Source: Myxococcales bacterium (lineage in GTDB: Bacteria; Desulfobacterota; Binatia; HRBIN30). Taken from it: 64,000 bases of DNA. The translations under genes were made by a program, and so were the position numbers. Shown here piece after piece: positions 25,435-38,537 of the stretch. Below the pieces are notes generated by a model. It worked only from the letters and a program-made list of their open reading frames with translations. It was not told the DNA's origin and did no database searches. The stretch covers positions 1-64,000 of the forward strand of contig JBBILD010000003.1 in assembly GCA_037445065.1 (NCBI GenBank). Direction: 5' to 3'. Position 1 is the stretch's first letter. Every line of letters starts with the position of its first letter.

Positions 25435-26435
25435 CCGGGAACGGCCTCCAACCAACGATGGCGCACGAACAGCTCGACACAAAAGAGCATCCATGCGGCG
25501 AGCAGGAACCACGGGTACGCTTCCTCTGCGTCAACCCACTGCGGGCTCGAAAACTCGGTTTTCTCGAGGCGGTCAATCTCGCGGTACACGGTCTCCAGGC
25601 TGGCTCGATCGGTAGCCCGGAAATACCGGCCCCCGGTCTTGACCGCCACTTCCTCGAGCAAAGCATCATCAATGTCCACCTGAATGGGACGATACACGCG
25701 GTTGCCGAACACGTCGCGTAGCGGAAAGGGCGCAAGCCCGCGCGTGCCGGTACCCACTGTGTACACTTTGATCCCCAGCGTCGAGAGCGCTTCTGCGGCC
25801 GTGCGTGGGGGCACACGACCGGCGTTGTTTTGGCCGTCGGTGAGCAGGATCACCACCTTGCTCTTTGCGTCCGATTGCCGCAGCCGCTCACCGGCGGTGG
25901 CCAGCGCCGAGCCGATCGCGGTACCGTCTTCGATCATGCCGATGTTGGCGCGTTCCAGGTTTTGCAGCAACCAACGATGGTCCAAGGTCAGCGGGCACTG
26001 CGTGTAGGGCCGAGCGGCGAAGAGTACGAGAGCAAAACGGTCGCTCGGGCGGCGTTGGATGAAGTCGCGTAGCACCTCCTTGGCGACCTCCAAACGATTC
26101 GCACGCGCCCCGCTCGCCAGGGTGAAGTCTTCCGCTTGCATACTGCCCGAGAGATCGAGCAGCAGCACGATATCAATGCCCTGGCCACGCACCGGTTGCT
26201 CGCGCCCGCCATACTGGGGCTGCGCAAGGGCGAGGACGATCAGCGCTAAGACCAGGAAACGCAATGCCGTAGGAACCCACAGCCAGCGAGAGCGGCCCAG
26301 ACGATGCAACCCGGCGAGGAATCCTAGGGTCGGAAGCGGCAGGGCCGCGGGACGCTGGCGAAAGCGCCGCCAGGCAAAGGCGGCAAACGGCAACAACAGA
26401 AGCAGGAGCAGAAAGTGTGGTTGCTCAAGCCGCAT
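25431..26435 (-). CDS. batA: BatA-like VWA domain membrane protein
   Basis: DLSGSM MIDAS, GTAIGSALA, LLTDGQNNAG, TGGRYFRA. Confidence 0.88.
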   Translation of the reverse strand: MRLEQPHFLLLLLLLPFAAFAWRRFRQRPAALPLPTLGFLAGLHRLGRSRWLWVPTALRFLVLALIVLALAQPQYGGREQPVRGQGIDIVLLLDLSGSMQAEDFTLASGARANRLEVAKEVLRDFIQRRPSDRFALVLFAARPYTQCPLTLDHRWLLQNLERANIGMIEDGTAIGSALATAGERLRQSDAKSKVVILLTDGQNNAGRVPPRTAAEALSTLGIKVYTVGTGTRGLAPFPLRDVFGNRVYRPIQVDIDDALLEEVAVKTGGRYFRATDRASLETVYREIDRLEKTEFSSPQWVDAEEAYPWFLLAAWMLFCVELFVRHRWLEAVPG

Positions 26436-27444
26436 GCGCCGCCTCCGGAGTCGTCTGTGCCGGCCGAGCCGTTTCTTCCACGAACGTGCGCACTCGCTGG
26501 TAGGCATCTTGCGCTCGTTCCGGCGCGGGAACGGCGCGCGCGAATTTCACCAGGTCTGCCTGGGTGAGCACCTCGGCAAGCATCGTTCGCTGGGTTGGTG
26601 CCAAGCGCGGGTGATAGCGGGCCGCGGCGAGGAACTCTTCCGTGGTCATTTCTGCAGCGCGGATTTCGAATTGCTCCTCCAGGTAGCGGCGTAGGATGGC
26701 GGACAGATCGCGGTAAAAGGCATCCCAACTGCCCCGCTGGAGGTCCCCACGTGCCCACAGGCCGTCGAGGGCACGCAAAGCCCGCTCGTGGGCAGGGGGC
26801 GCCGGAACTGTATAGGCCGGCCTGCGCTTGCGGAGCAGGAAGTACAAAAAGCAGGCGAGCAAGAGCAAAAGCCCGACCACGGTGCTCACAAACCAGAGGA
26901 GAGAACCGGCCGCAGGATCGAGCAGGGGCTTGATGTCGCGCAGATCGAGCCTGGTGGTGTTGGCGGGCAGCACGCTCACGATCTCGACCGTTTGCTCTGC
27001 ACCGTGCACCTGCCCGCTCTGCCCTTGCCAGCGGTAGCGTACGGTGGGGGCTGGGATGCGAAGCGGGCCAGTGTCGAATGCAGCGAGGGTGTAGCTCTGG
27101 GTCACCTGCACGTGCCCGGGCTGGGTAGGTTGCGAACGGGTGCGCACGTCGAGCACGGTAAACGGGCCCAGCACCTCGCGATCGCGGGGCAGTTCGAGTT
27201 CCGCGTCCGGCGGTGCGGTGACCCGGATGGTGTAGTGGAGCGGATCGCCAATGGTGGCTCGCGCGGGCTCGACGCTGGTTTCTATCTGGAGCGGCTGTGG
27301 TGGTTCGGCCAGCAGTGGCGCCTGCAGGCGGATGTGAGTGGAACCTTGCAGGGTCAGTATGGCCAGCAGGCTGGCGAACGAACACCTGCGTACACGCCCT
27401 GGGCAGCTAGCCGGGAAAAGCGAAGACCGCTTGCACGGGTCCAT
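26425..27444 (-). CDS. Bat-operon membrane protein (Ig-like domain, TM, DUF4381-like)
   Basis: LRDIKP followed by TM, then LSAILRRYLE...EMTTEE...ADLVKFA pattern and operon position. Confidence 0.75.
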   Translation of the reverse strand: MDPCKRSSLFPASCPGRVRRCSFASLLAILTLQGSTHIRLQAPLLAEPPQPLQIETSVEPARATIGDPLHYTIRVTAPPDAELELPRDREVLGPFTVLDVRTRSQPTQPGHVQVTQSYTLAAFDTGPLRIPAPTVRYRWQGQSGQVHGAEQTVEIVSVLPANTTRLDLRDIKPLLDPAAGSLLWFVSTVVGLLLLLACFLYFLLRKRRPAYTVPAPPAHERALRALDGLWARGDLQRGSWDAFYRDLSAILRRYLEEQFEIRAAEMTTEEFLAAARYHPRLAPTQRTMLAEVLTQADLVKFARAVPAPERAQDAYQRVRTFVEETARPAQTTPEAAHAA

Positions 27445-27465
27445 GGTGCTGCCTTCCCCTTTGCG

Positions 27466-28347
27466 TCATCGTTCCCGGCGCCGCTCGCGGGTGCGGAAAA
27501 AGCGTACGAGGGCATCGGTGTACGGGCGCTCGGTGCTGAGTGAAATCGTGTCCACCTCGCAGCGGCGCAGCCGCCGTTCGCGTTCCTGGCAAGCCGCTTG
27601 CGCTCGTTGCGCAAAGATCGCGCGCAGGCGCGGGTGGGAGCTGTCAATCACGGCTTGGGTGCCGGTTTCGGGGTTGGCGAGGGTGAGTAAGCCGGCCTTG
27701 GGAAGAGCAAAGTCGCGCGGGTCGTCGAGCAGCACGGCGATCACATCGTGCCGCTGGCGGGCGAGCTTGAGAGCCGCGTCGAAGTCGGGGTCGAGGAAGT
27801 CCGACATCAGGAACACCACTGCTCGTCGCTTGCAAACGTGCTGCAAATGTTCGAGTGCGGCGCCGATGCGAGTGTTGGTGCCCACGGGGACGAAGGAAAG
27901 GACATCGCGGATCACGCGCAATACATGGCGCCGCCCTTTCCGCGGTGGAATCGCGTGCTCGACGCGGTCGCTGAACAAAACCAGGCCCACCTTGTCATGG
28001 TTGCGGATCGCCGAGAAAGCCAACACGGCCGCGACTTCGGCGGCTAGTTGGCTCTTGAACTGGCGCACGCTGCCAAAGCGAGTCGAGGGACTGGCGTCGA
28101 CGAGGAGCATGACGGTGAGTTCGCGCTCTTCGGCAAACCGTTTCACAAAGGGACTGCCGGTGCGCGCCGTCACGTTCCAGTCGATGGTCCGGATGTCGTC
28201 CCCAGGGACGTAGGGGCGTACCTCGGCGAACTCCATGCCGCGACCTTTGAAGACGCTCTGGTACGCGCCTGCAAACTGCTCGGCCACCAAGTGGCTGGTG
28301 CGAATCTCGATACGGCGGATGGTGCGCAGGAGTTCCTCGGTCAGCAT
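27466..28347 (-). CDS. DUF58 (VWA-like) MoxR partner protein
   Basis: GRGMEFAEVRPYVPGDDIRTIDWNVTAR; SDF. Confidence 0.92.
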   Translation of the reverse strand: MLTEELLRTIRRIEIRTSHLVAEQFAGAYQSVFKGRGMEFAEVRPYVPGDDIRTIDWNVTARTGSPFVKRFAEERELTVMLLVDASPSTRFGSVRQFKSQLAAEVAAVLAFSAIRNHDKVGLVLFSDRVEHAIPPRKGRRHVLRVIRDVLSFVPVGTNTRIGAALEHLQHVCKRRAVVFLMSDFLDPDFDAALKLARQRHDVIAVLLDDPRDFALPKAGLLTLANPETGTQAVIDSSHPRLRAIFAQRAQAACQERERRLRRCEVDTISLSTERPYTDALVRFFRTRERRRER

Positions 28348-28395
28348 CGGGCAACTCGCGTCCCTTCGTGGGCGGATCTTGCCAGCAAAGCGCGC

Positions 28396-29385
28396 TCAGG
28401 GCACAGGGATGCCATCGAGGACGCGGCGGACGACTTGGTCGGCATCGATTTCCTCGGCCTCGGCTTCGTACGAAACGATGACCCGATGCCGAAGCACGTC
28501 GGGCGCAATGGATTTGACGTCCTGCGGCGTAACGTAGGCGCGCCCGTTCAGTAGGGCGTGCGCCTTGGCGCCCAGAGCCAGGTACAGGGTGGCACGTGGC
28601 GAGGCGCCGTAATGGATCCAGCGCCGTAGGTCGAGCCGGTAATGCTCGGGGTCGCGGGTGGCGAGGACCAGGTCCACGATGTAGTCCTTGACTTTCTCGT
28701 CGAGGTAAATTTGGTCCACCAGGGCACGCAGCCGTTTCAGATCAGGGGCGGAGACCACCGTGGCTGCCTCCAGGGAAGGCATGGTGGAGGCCATCCGGTC
28801 CAAGATTTCACGCTCCTCGGCCCGGCTCGGATAGGGTACGGTGAGTTTCAGCATGAAGCGGTCCACCTGTGCTTCGGGCAGAGGATAGGTGCCTTCCTGC
28901 TCGATTGGATTCTGCGTGGCGAGCACGAGAAAGGGATCCGGCAGCGGATGGGTTTCCTCGCCAATCGTGACCTGCCGCTCCTGCATGGCTTCGAGCAAGG
29001 CGCTTTGTACCTTGGCTGGTGCGCGGTTGATTTCGTCGGCCAGCACCAAGTTGGCGAACACCGGCCCGCGCTTGGTACGAAACGTCCCGTCGTGCGGTTG
29101 GTAGACCAGGGTGCCGATGATGTCGGCGGGAAGCAAATCAGGAGTGAACTGTAAGCGCTGGAAGCTGGCGTCAATGGTACGGGCGAGCGTTTTCACGGTT
29201 AGTGTCTTGGCCAGTCCTGGTACCCCCTCGAGCAGCACGTGGCCGTTGGTGAGTAGCCCGATGAGGAGGCGATCCACGAGGTAGCGCTGCCCCACCACCA
29301 CGCGGCCCACTTCGTCGCGGATCCGCGCCAGCAGAGCCGCCTCCCGCTGTACGCGTTCTTGCAATAGAGTCAGCCCAGCTTCCAT
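28396..29385 (-). CDS. moxR: MoxR-family AAA+ ATPase
   Basis: GVPGLAKT Walker A, QFTPDLLPADI, LADEINRA, ATQNPIEQEGTYPLPEAQ.DRF. Confidence 0.94.
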   Translation of the reverse strand: MEAGLTLLQERVQREAALLARIRDEVGRVVVGQRYLVDRLLIGLLTNGHVLLEGVPGLAKTLTVKTLARTIDASFQRLQFTPDLLPADIIGTLVYQPHDGTFRTKRGPVFANLVLADEINRAPAKVQSALLEAMQERQVTIGEETHPLPDPFLVLATQNPIEQEGTYPLPEAQVDRFMLKLTVPYPSRAEEREILDRMASTMPSLEAATVVSAPDLKRLRALVDQIYLDEKVKDYIVDLVLATRDPEHYRLDLRRWIHYGASPRATLYLALGAKAHALLNGRAYVTPQDVKSIAPDVLRHRVIVSYEAEAEEIDADQVVRRVLDGIPVP

Positions 29386-29532
29386 CGTCCTCCCTCTCTG
29401 CCGCAACACGACACCGGCCGTGCAAGCGGCCGGCGCAGGCGGGGTAGACGTTTTATCTTTGCCCTGGCTTCAATCCAACCGCGGACCTGAGGCAAGGCGA
29501 CCATCTTGCAATCGTGCCGCAGAGCGCCGAGC

Positions 29533-30591
29533 ATGAAAGAGCCGATGACTCCCAGATGCGTGCTGCTTGCGGCAACGTTGCTCTTGGGCTCTACCCTGGC
29601 AAGCTGCCCGGGCAGCAGAGCAGCAAAGGAAGGAGAGGACGCCACGATGCGGCCACGGTATTCCCGATCGCATTACGACATTACGCGACTTGCTCCGGAG
29701 GAGGTACGCAAGCTGGCCGAGCGTCTCGACCCGGAGGCGTTTCGAGTGACCCAACGCGCCGGCACGGAGCCGCCCTTTTGCGGGAAGTTCGTGGATCATG
29801 AGGAGGATGGGATCTACGCCTGCGTGGTGTGTGGGCTGCCTTTGTATCGTTCGGAGCACAAGTTCCATTCCGGCACGGGCTGGCCCTCCTTTTACCGCGA
29901 ATTCGACCCGGATCACGTCGAGCGGCGGCCCGACTTGAGTCACGGCATGGTACGCACCGAGATTGCATGCGCGCGCTGCGGGGCGCATCTCGGCCACGTC
30001 TTTCCAGACGGGCCGCCGCCCACGGGCGAGCGGCACTGCCTGAACTCTGCCGCCCTCAAATTTTACCGGCAAGGCGAGCCGTTGCCGGAGGAAAGCCGTT
30101 CGGTCGAAACCCGGGTGGCGTATTTTGCCGGTGGCTGCTTTTGGGGCATTGAGCATTACTTCCAACAAGGCCCGGGGGTGATCGAGGCCATTTCCGGATA
30201 CATGCAGGGCCACGTGGACAATCCCTCTTACGAGCAGGTGTGCAGCGGGACCACGGGGCACGCGGAGACCGTCAAGGTGATTTACGATCCCAAGCGGATT
30301 TCCTACCGCCGCCTGCTGGAGGCGTTTTTTGCCATGCACGACCCCACCCAGTGGAACCGCCAGGGGCCGGACTACGGCCCCCAATACCGCTCCGGAATTT
30401 GGTGCGTGGACGAAGAGCAAAAGCGCGAAGCGGAACAAATGATCCGAGAACTCGAGGCCGGTGGCCGCTACGGCGGCAAGAAAATCGTCACGTTGGTCGA
30501 ACCGGCAAAAACCTTCTGGCCCGCCGAGGACTACCACCAAGACTACATCGCGCGCACCGGCCGCCCGTGCCACGTTGCCAATCCGTGGTGA
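29533..30591 (+). CDS. msrAB: Exported bifunctional methionine sulfoxide reductase MsrB-MsrA
   Basis: Signal with lipobox-like LAS-C; MsrB (CVVC, GWPSF, CARC, RHCLNS) followed by MsrA (GCFWG, AEDYHQDY). Confidence 0.9.
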   Translation: MKEPMTPRCVLLAATLLLGSTLASCPGSRAAKEGEDATMRPRYSRSHYDITRLAPEEVRKLAERLDPEAFRVTQRAGTEPPFCGKFVDHEEDGIYACVVCGLPLYRSEHKFHSGTGWPSFYREFDPDHVERRPDLSHGMVRTEIACARCGAHLGHVFPDGPPPTGERHCLNSAALKFYRQGEPLPEESRSVETRVAYFAGGCFWGIEHYFQQGPGVIEAISGYMQGHVDNPSYEQVCSGTTGHAETVKVIYDPKRISYRRLLEAFFAMHDPTQWNRQGPDYGPQYRSGIWCVDEEQKREAEQMIRELEAGGRYGGKKIVTLVEPAKTFWPAEDYHQDYIARTGRPCHVANPW

Positions 30592-30881
30592 GAAGGGAGG
30601 CGCCAGGGGGTCGTCCCTGCGCCAGGTGAGGTAGCCCGATTGGCAAAGCCCGGGCACGCTAAGCAGAGCGGCATGGGATGTTCCTGCAAAGTGCGAGGCG
30701 CGCAAGCCGAAGCGGCTGAGGTGGTGAGGGAAGTGTAGAAGCAGGGGCACCTCCATGCGCGCGAGTGCCGCGAGGGTCATCCGCAGAGGTTGTCTTGCGG
30801 AACACCGCCCGCGTGGAAACGATCGAGCTTGCAGCACACGGGCAGCCTTGGTAGCGGGCGCAGTTCGACAAGGAACCGAGC

Positions 30882-32696
30882 ATGAGCCAACCGAGCGGGC
30901 GTTCCTGGGTAGAGCTTTCGAGCAAGAAGTTCGTATTGGGCTGCGTGCTCGTTGCGTTCGGGGTGTGGCTAGTCGGCAACGTGTACCGCTTGCCGCTGTG
31001 GTTGCTGGGTGCAGAGGCGTTTGCCACGGTGCTCGGACTCTTCGTGTTTGGTTCGATTCGCTATCGCCTCGACAAAAACGCCCTCACGTACGGTGCTGTG
31101 TTGGTGGTCGCCGCCACGTTTTGGGGCGTCTGGTGGCATGACTCTGCGATGCGGCAAGAAGTGGCGCGCGAGGGGTGGATGCCGCTCGTGCGGGTAATCG
31201 CCTACCACTTGTTCACACTCGAGGGCCTCGACCGAGTGGTGCACGCGGATACGATGTTATTTCTCTTGGGCCTCACGTGCTTCGTGGCGGTGATCTCGCA
31301 GACGCGGCTGCTCGAGAGCGTGAGTTTCAAGTTGCTCGCGCGTAACCGCGGTGCGGTGTTGCCGACCGTCGTGGCAATCACGGCGCTGGTGTCGTTTGCG
31401 TCGGGGATCCTCGACGGGGTCTCGATGATCGGGCTCACCTTGCGCATTTTGGTGATCATCCTGTTTCTGGTGGACGCGCCCCTCAGCGAGGTGCGTTACG
31501 TGGTCATGATCTCGACGGTCGTCACCACCGTGTGTGGGATGTGGCTTGCATACGGTGAGCCGCCCAACTTGATCATGAAGTCGAACCTGCACCCCCGCCT
31601 GAACGATGCGTTCTTTCTGAGTTACTGTGCACCCCTGGCGCTGGCCTCTTACGGAGTGGTGGCGTTGAGTTTGTGGCGGCGCTTGCGCGGCTTGCGGCTG
31701 CGCTTCGAGCGCCTAGATGTGCTCGACCGCTACGTGGCCGATGTACGCTTCCTCCAAGCCGAGCGCCACGGCGCCGTGCTGACCGCGATCGAGCTAGTGG
31801 AATCGTACGAAACGAAACTAGGGGACCGTTTCGAGGCGGTGCGAGAGCGGCTGCACCACGGGCAGTCGCTGGGCCACGCCCTGGTGGCAGAACACGTGCC
31901 GCAGCCGTTACGGCTCGAACTGTTGGCGGCGTACGCGCACGAGGACCTGGCTGGACCCCTCGATGAACACTACCGCCACGATGTCGCCGGCGATAGCCGA
32001 GCGGCGCGCGAAGCGGAGCGCCCGGTGCGCGCCGTGTTGCGGCAGATCAAGCGACGGCGTGTGAGGGCGCAGCGCGTCGGCATGCTCGCCTTTGTCCCGT
32101 TCGTGGCCTTGTTAGTGGCGCACGCCGTCAATCCCGAGTTCCGCTTGTTCTACTCTTCGGTGGCTGCCTTTGCGGTGGCGCTAACCGGAATTTGGTCGCT
32201 ACCCAACATACGCCGCCTCGCTTTGCACGAGGCGTGGCATGAGTACCGAGAGTACTTGTTTCTTTTCCCGCTCTTTCTTTCCATTACGCTGCTGCAAGTA
32301 GCGGGCTTCTTCGATCGTCTGGAAAGCGTCTTGCTGGCCGGCATTGAGCGTCTGGGTGTGGGGCCGGTGGCGTGGATCCAATTCGCCGGTGCCACGGTGC
32401 TCTCCGCCATGCTCGACAACAACGTGGTCGCGGATTTTTCCGCCCGTGCACTCCACGACCTCGAGTTGCCGCTCGTGCATCTGTTCTCCATGGCGCAAAT
32501 TGCCGGTTACGCTCTCGGTGGGTGCTGGACGCACATTGGCTGCGCACAGTCGGTGGTGGCGTACGCGTTCATGCGGAAGGACGTGGACGAGCACTTTACC
32601 CCCTTGGCCTGGATTCGAGTGATGACCCCTACTCTCACTGGCCTGTTTGCGCTGCTCACCGGGCTCGTTTTTCTGCGGGCCTGGTGCGCCGGCTAG
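30882..32696 (+). CDS. IT-superfamily (NhaB/NhaD/ArsB-like) ion transporter with a central soluble insertion
   Basis: Multiple TMs; SGILDGVS, GMWLAYGEPPNL, LSAMLDN, LGGCWTHIG motifs. Confidence 0.7.
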   Translation: MSQPSGRSWVELSSKKFVLGCVLVAFGVWLVGNVYRLPLWLLGAEAFATVLGLFVFGSIRYRLDKNALTYGAVLVVAATFWGVWWHDSAMRQEVAREGWMPLVRVIAYHLFTLEGLDRVVHADTMLFLLGLTCFVAVISQTRLLESVSFKLLARNRGAVLPTVVAITALVSFASGILDGVSMIGLTLRILVIILFLVDAPLSEVRYVVMISTVVTTVCGMWLAYGEPPNLIMKSNLHPRLNDAFFLSYCAPLALASYGVVALSLWRRLRGLRLRFERLDVLDRYVADVRFLQAERHGAVLTAIELVESYETKLGDRFEAVRERLHHGQSLGHALVAEHVPQPLRLELLAAYAHEDLAGPLDEHYRHDVAGDSRAAREAERPVRAVLRQIKRRRVRAQRVGMLAFVPFVALLVAHAVNPEFRLFYSSVAAFAVALTGIWSLPNIRRLALHEAWHEYREYLFLFPLFLSITLLQVAGFFDRLESVLLAGIERLGVGPVAWIQFAGATVLSAMLDNNVVADFSARALHDLELPLVHLFSMAQIAGYALGGCWTHIGCAQSVVAYAFMRKDVDEHFTPLAWIRVMTPTLTGLFALLTGLVFLRAWCAG

Positions 32697-32714
32697 GCCG
32701 AGCGGCGCTTGCGG

Positions 32715-33521
32715 CTACCTGTGACCAGGTGCTGAGCGCGCTGCGGCAAGTGCATCGAGGAACGCTTTGAGATCTTCCGGGCGCTTGACGCGTAGGCGCG
32801 CACGGGTGGGTTCCGTGGAGCAGCCCACGCGGATGGTGAGGGCCGAGGGCGCCAGCAACGCAAACGCGTCTTCATCCGTGCGATCGTCGCCCGCGTATAG
32901 CGGCAGGGCATCTGGACGGACGGTTTGCAGCAGGCCCAGGACGGCCTGCCCCTTGTTGATGCCGCGGGGACGGAACTCCCAAACGCAATGGCCGTGGATG
33001 AGTTCCAGCGGAGCCGATTCCGAGGCCAGACGCTGGGCAATGGCGGTAACCGCACTGTCGAGGCGGCTGACGGATGGCGGGTCCGCCTGGCGGTAGTGGC
33101 AGGCCAAAGACAGCTCCTTGTCTTCGAGCCACACGCCATGGAGGGAAGGGAGAAGGGTTGCGAGCTGTCGTCGCACTTCCTGCAAGGCTTCCTGTGCATC
33201 TTGGGAAAGGGTGGCGTGCCTCTCCTCCCCGCTCGGCCAGCGCAGCTCGGCGCCGTGGGCGCCGATGTAAAACACGCCGGGGACATCGAGCAGCGAGCGT
33301 ACATCGGACAAGCGGCGGCCGCTGACCACCGCCACGTACGTGGCGGCGGCGGAAGCAAGGCGGCCCAGTGTCTGTGCCGTGCTCGGCAAGGGCAGGGCTA
33401 GCTCAGGACGCGGGGCAATCGGCGCCAGAGTACCGTCGTAATCCAGGAAGCAAAACAGCGCGCCGGCAGAAGCGGCAGCGCGCAAAGCAGAGCGAAGCTC
33501 TTCGTGGCCCGCCTCATTCAC
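32715..33521 (-). CDS. otsB: Trehalose-6-phosphate phosphatase
   Basis: HAD motifs DYDGTL, VSGR, KG, GDDRTDEDAF. Confidence 0.92.
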   Translation of the reverse strand: MNEAGHEELRSALRAAASAGALFCFLDYDGTLAPIAPRPELALPLPSTAQTLGRLASAAATYVAVVSGRRLSDVRSLLDVPGVFYIGAHGAELRWPSGEERHATLSQDAQEALQEVRRQLATLLPSLHGVWLEDKELSLACHYRQADPPSVSRLDSAVTAIAQRLASESAPLELIHGHCVWEFRPRGINKGQAVLGLLQTVRPDALPLYAGDDRTDEDAFALLAPSALTIRVGCSTEPTRARLRVKRPEDLKAFLDALAAARSAPGHR

Positions 33522-35110
33522 AGCGTGCCTTCCAGTTTACGCCGCTGGGCGATGCGCCCCATCGCGGTGATGATCTTGCCCGCCCAACGGTAAATATTGT
33601 TCCGCTGCAAGGTGTCGCGCAGGGCGCTCATGCGCGTGCGGCGTTCGTGTGCTTCCATCGCCAGTGCCTGGTGCATGGCGGCGGCAAGCTCATCCACCGC
33701 GTACGGGTTCACTTGCAGCGCTTCCTCGAGTTCGCGCGCCACGCCGGTAAAGCGGCTCAGGATGAGAACGCCGTCCAAGTCCGGGCGCGCGGCCACGAAC
33801 TCTTTGGCCACCAAATTCATCCCATCGTGCAGGGAGCTTACCACGCAGACGTCGGCCAGCCGGTAAAACGCCAGTACTTCCTCGGGAGGGTGCGCCACGT
33901 CGAGGTAAATCACCGGGGTCCACCGCCCGGAGCCATACTTCCAGTTGATATCGGCGACCAACGAATCCAGTTCGGCGGCGAGGGCCTTGTAACTGGGAAT
34001 CCGGCTGCGGCTAGGCGCGCCGATTTGCACGAAGCAAATCTTGCCGGTGTACTCTGGGTGGGTTTGCAACAGCCGGTCGAAGGCGCGCAACCGTTCTGGG
34101 ATCCCCTTCGTGTAATCAATGCGATCCACGCCGAGGAGTACTCGCTCCTCACCCAGGCCGAGACGGGCGCGCAAGGCGCGCACGCGCTGCTCGAGTTCTG
34201 GGGCTCGTGCCTCTTCGCTGATGGCATCAATGTCTAGGCTAATGGGGAACGGGCGCACAAAGGTGGTTTGCCCGCGCCGCGTCACGCACGATTGCTCACT
34301 ATCCACGCGGGCTTCGACGGCGGATGCCACCGACTCGAGAAAGTTCTGGCAGTGGTAACGAATGTGGAAGCCGAGCAGGTCAGTGCCCAGCAGCCCGTCG
34401 AGGATTTCCGCCCCCCATGGGCAGATGCGAAACGCTTCCCGGTTCGGCCATGGAATGTGCCAGAACTGAGCAATGAGTAAGCGGGGTTGGGCCTCGCGCA
34501 GCATGCGGGGCAAGAGGGCGAAGTGGTAATCCTGGATGAGGACAATGGTGGGACGATCGCGTGCCTCGTCGAGCACGGCCTCCGCGAACTGGCGGTTGAC
34601 CCGCCGGTACGCCCCCCAATGTTCGACGCGGAACAGCGGCCGCTGAAACACGATGTGGCAGAGCGGCCACAAGGCCTGGTTGGCAAAGCCGAAGTAGTAG
34701 TCTTCCTCGTCCTCCTTGCTGATCCACAGCCGCCGCAGCGTGTAGCTGGGGGCCTGCGGCGGCACAGGCAAGCGGCCAGACGCATCGGCCACTTCGCGGT
34801 CGGCGTTGCCGCTGCCGTGCGCCACCCAGGTGCCACCGCAGGCGCGCATCATCGGCTCGAGGGCGGTGACCAGGCCGCTCACCGGTCGCTCGCATACGAT
34901 TTTCCCGGCCTCCAGCCGGTGCACGTAAGGTTCCCGGTTCGAAACCACCACCAAATTGTACCCTTGGAGAGCACGTTCCACGACCTGGTGGAGAGTCTCC
35001 CGGCTCCAGAAGCGAGGGAACTCCTCGCTACTTTCTAGCGCGTCGTATTGCGTCAGAGGTAACTCTCGCAACGGCACGGCAGGAGCTTCCTTAAGGCTCG
35101 CACGTGGCAT
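33518..35110 (-). CDS. otsA: Trehalose-6-phosphate synthase (GT20)
   Basis: [39 protein letters not shown]; start position uncertain. Confidence 0.9.
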   Translation of the reverse strand: MPRASLKEAPAVPLRELPLTQYDALESSEEFPRFWSRETLHQVVERALQGYNLVVVSNREPYVHRLEAGKIVCERPVSGLVTALEPMMRACGGTWVAHGSGNADREVADASGRLPVPPQAPSYTLRRLWISKEDEEDYYFGFANQALWPLCHIVFQRPLFRVEHWGAYRRVNRQFAEAVLDEARDRPTIVLIQDYHFALLPRMLREAQPRLLIAQFWHIPWPNREAFRICPWGAEILDGLLGTDLLGFHIRYHCQNFLESVASAVEARVDSEQSCVTRRGQTTFVRPFPISLDIDAISEEARAPELEQRVRALRARLGLGEERVLLGVDRIDYTKGIPERLRAFDRLLQTHPEYTGKICFVQIGAPSRSRIPSYKALAAELDSLVADINWKYGSGRWTPVIYLDVAHPPEEVLAFYRLADVCVVSSLHDGMNLVAKEFVAARPDLDGVLILSRFTGVARELEEALQVNPYAVDELAAAMHQALAMEAHERRTRMSALRDTLQRNNIYRWAGKIITAMGRIAQRRKLEGTL

Positions 35111-35174
35111 CGGCAAGCTTGCCGTGCACCGGGGCCCTTGCCTGCAGCACGCGCTTTTGCCAGCGACAGGCCCC

Positions 35175-38479
<3,305 letters not shown>

Positions 38480-38489
<10 letters not shown>

Positions 38490-38521
38490 TGGGGCGCAGC
38501 GTTGCGCCCCATCAGCAGGCA
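38480..38521. terminator. Perfect 19-bp inverted repeat between convergent treS and hppA; probable bidirectional terminator or stabiliser
   Basis: TGCCTGCTGATGGGGCGCA-GCGT-TGCGCCCCATCAGCAGGCA; overlaps the treS stop; no clear U-tract. Confidence 0.6.
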
Positions 38522-38537
38522 GCTTCTCACACCTCGC

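Noticed and set aside
29470..30837. 455-aa minus-strand ORF opposite msrAB
   Set aside because: Antisense shadow of a well-supported gene.
30592..30881. Possible riboswitch upstream of the ion transporter
   Set aside because: Only short GC stems; no recognisable aptamer consensus by eye.
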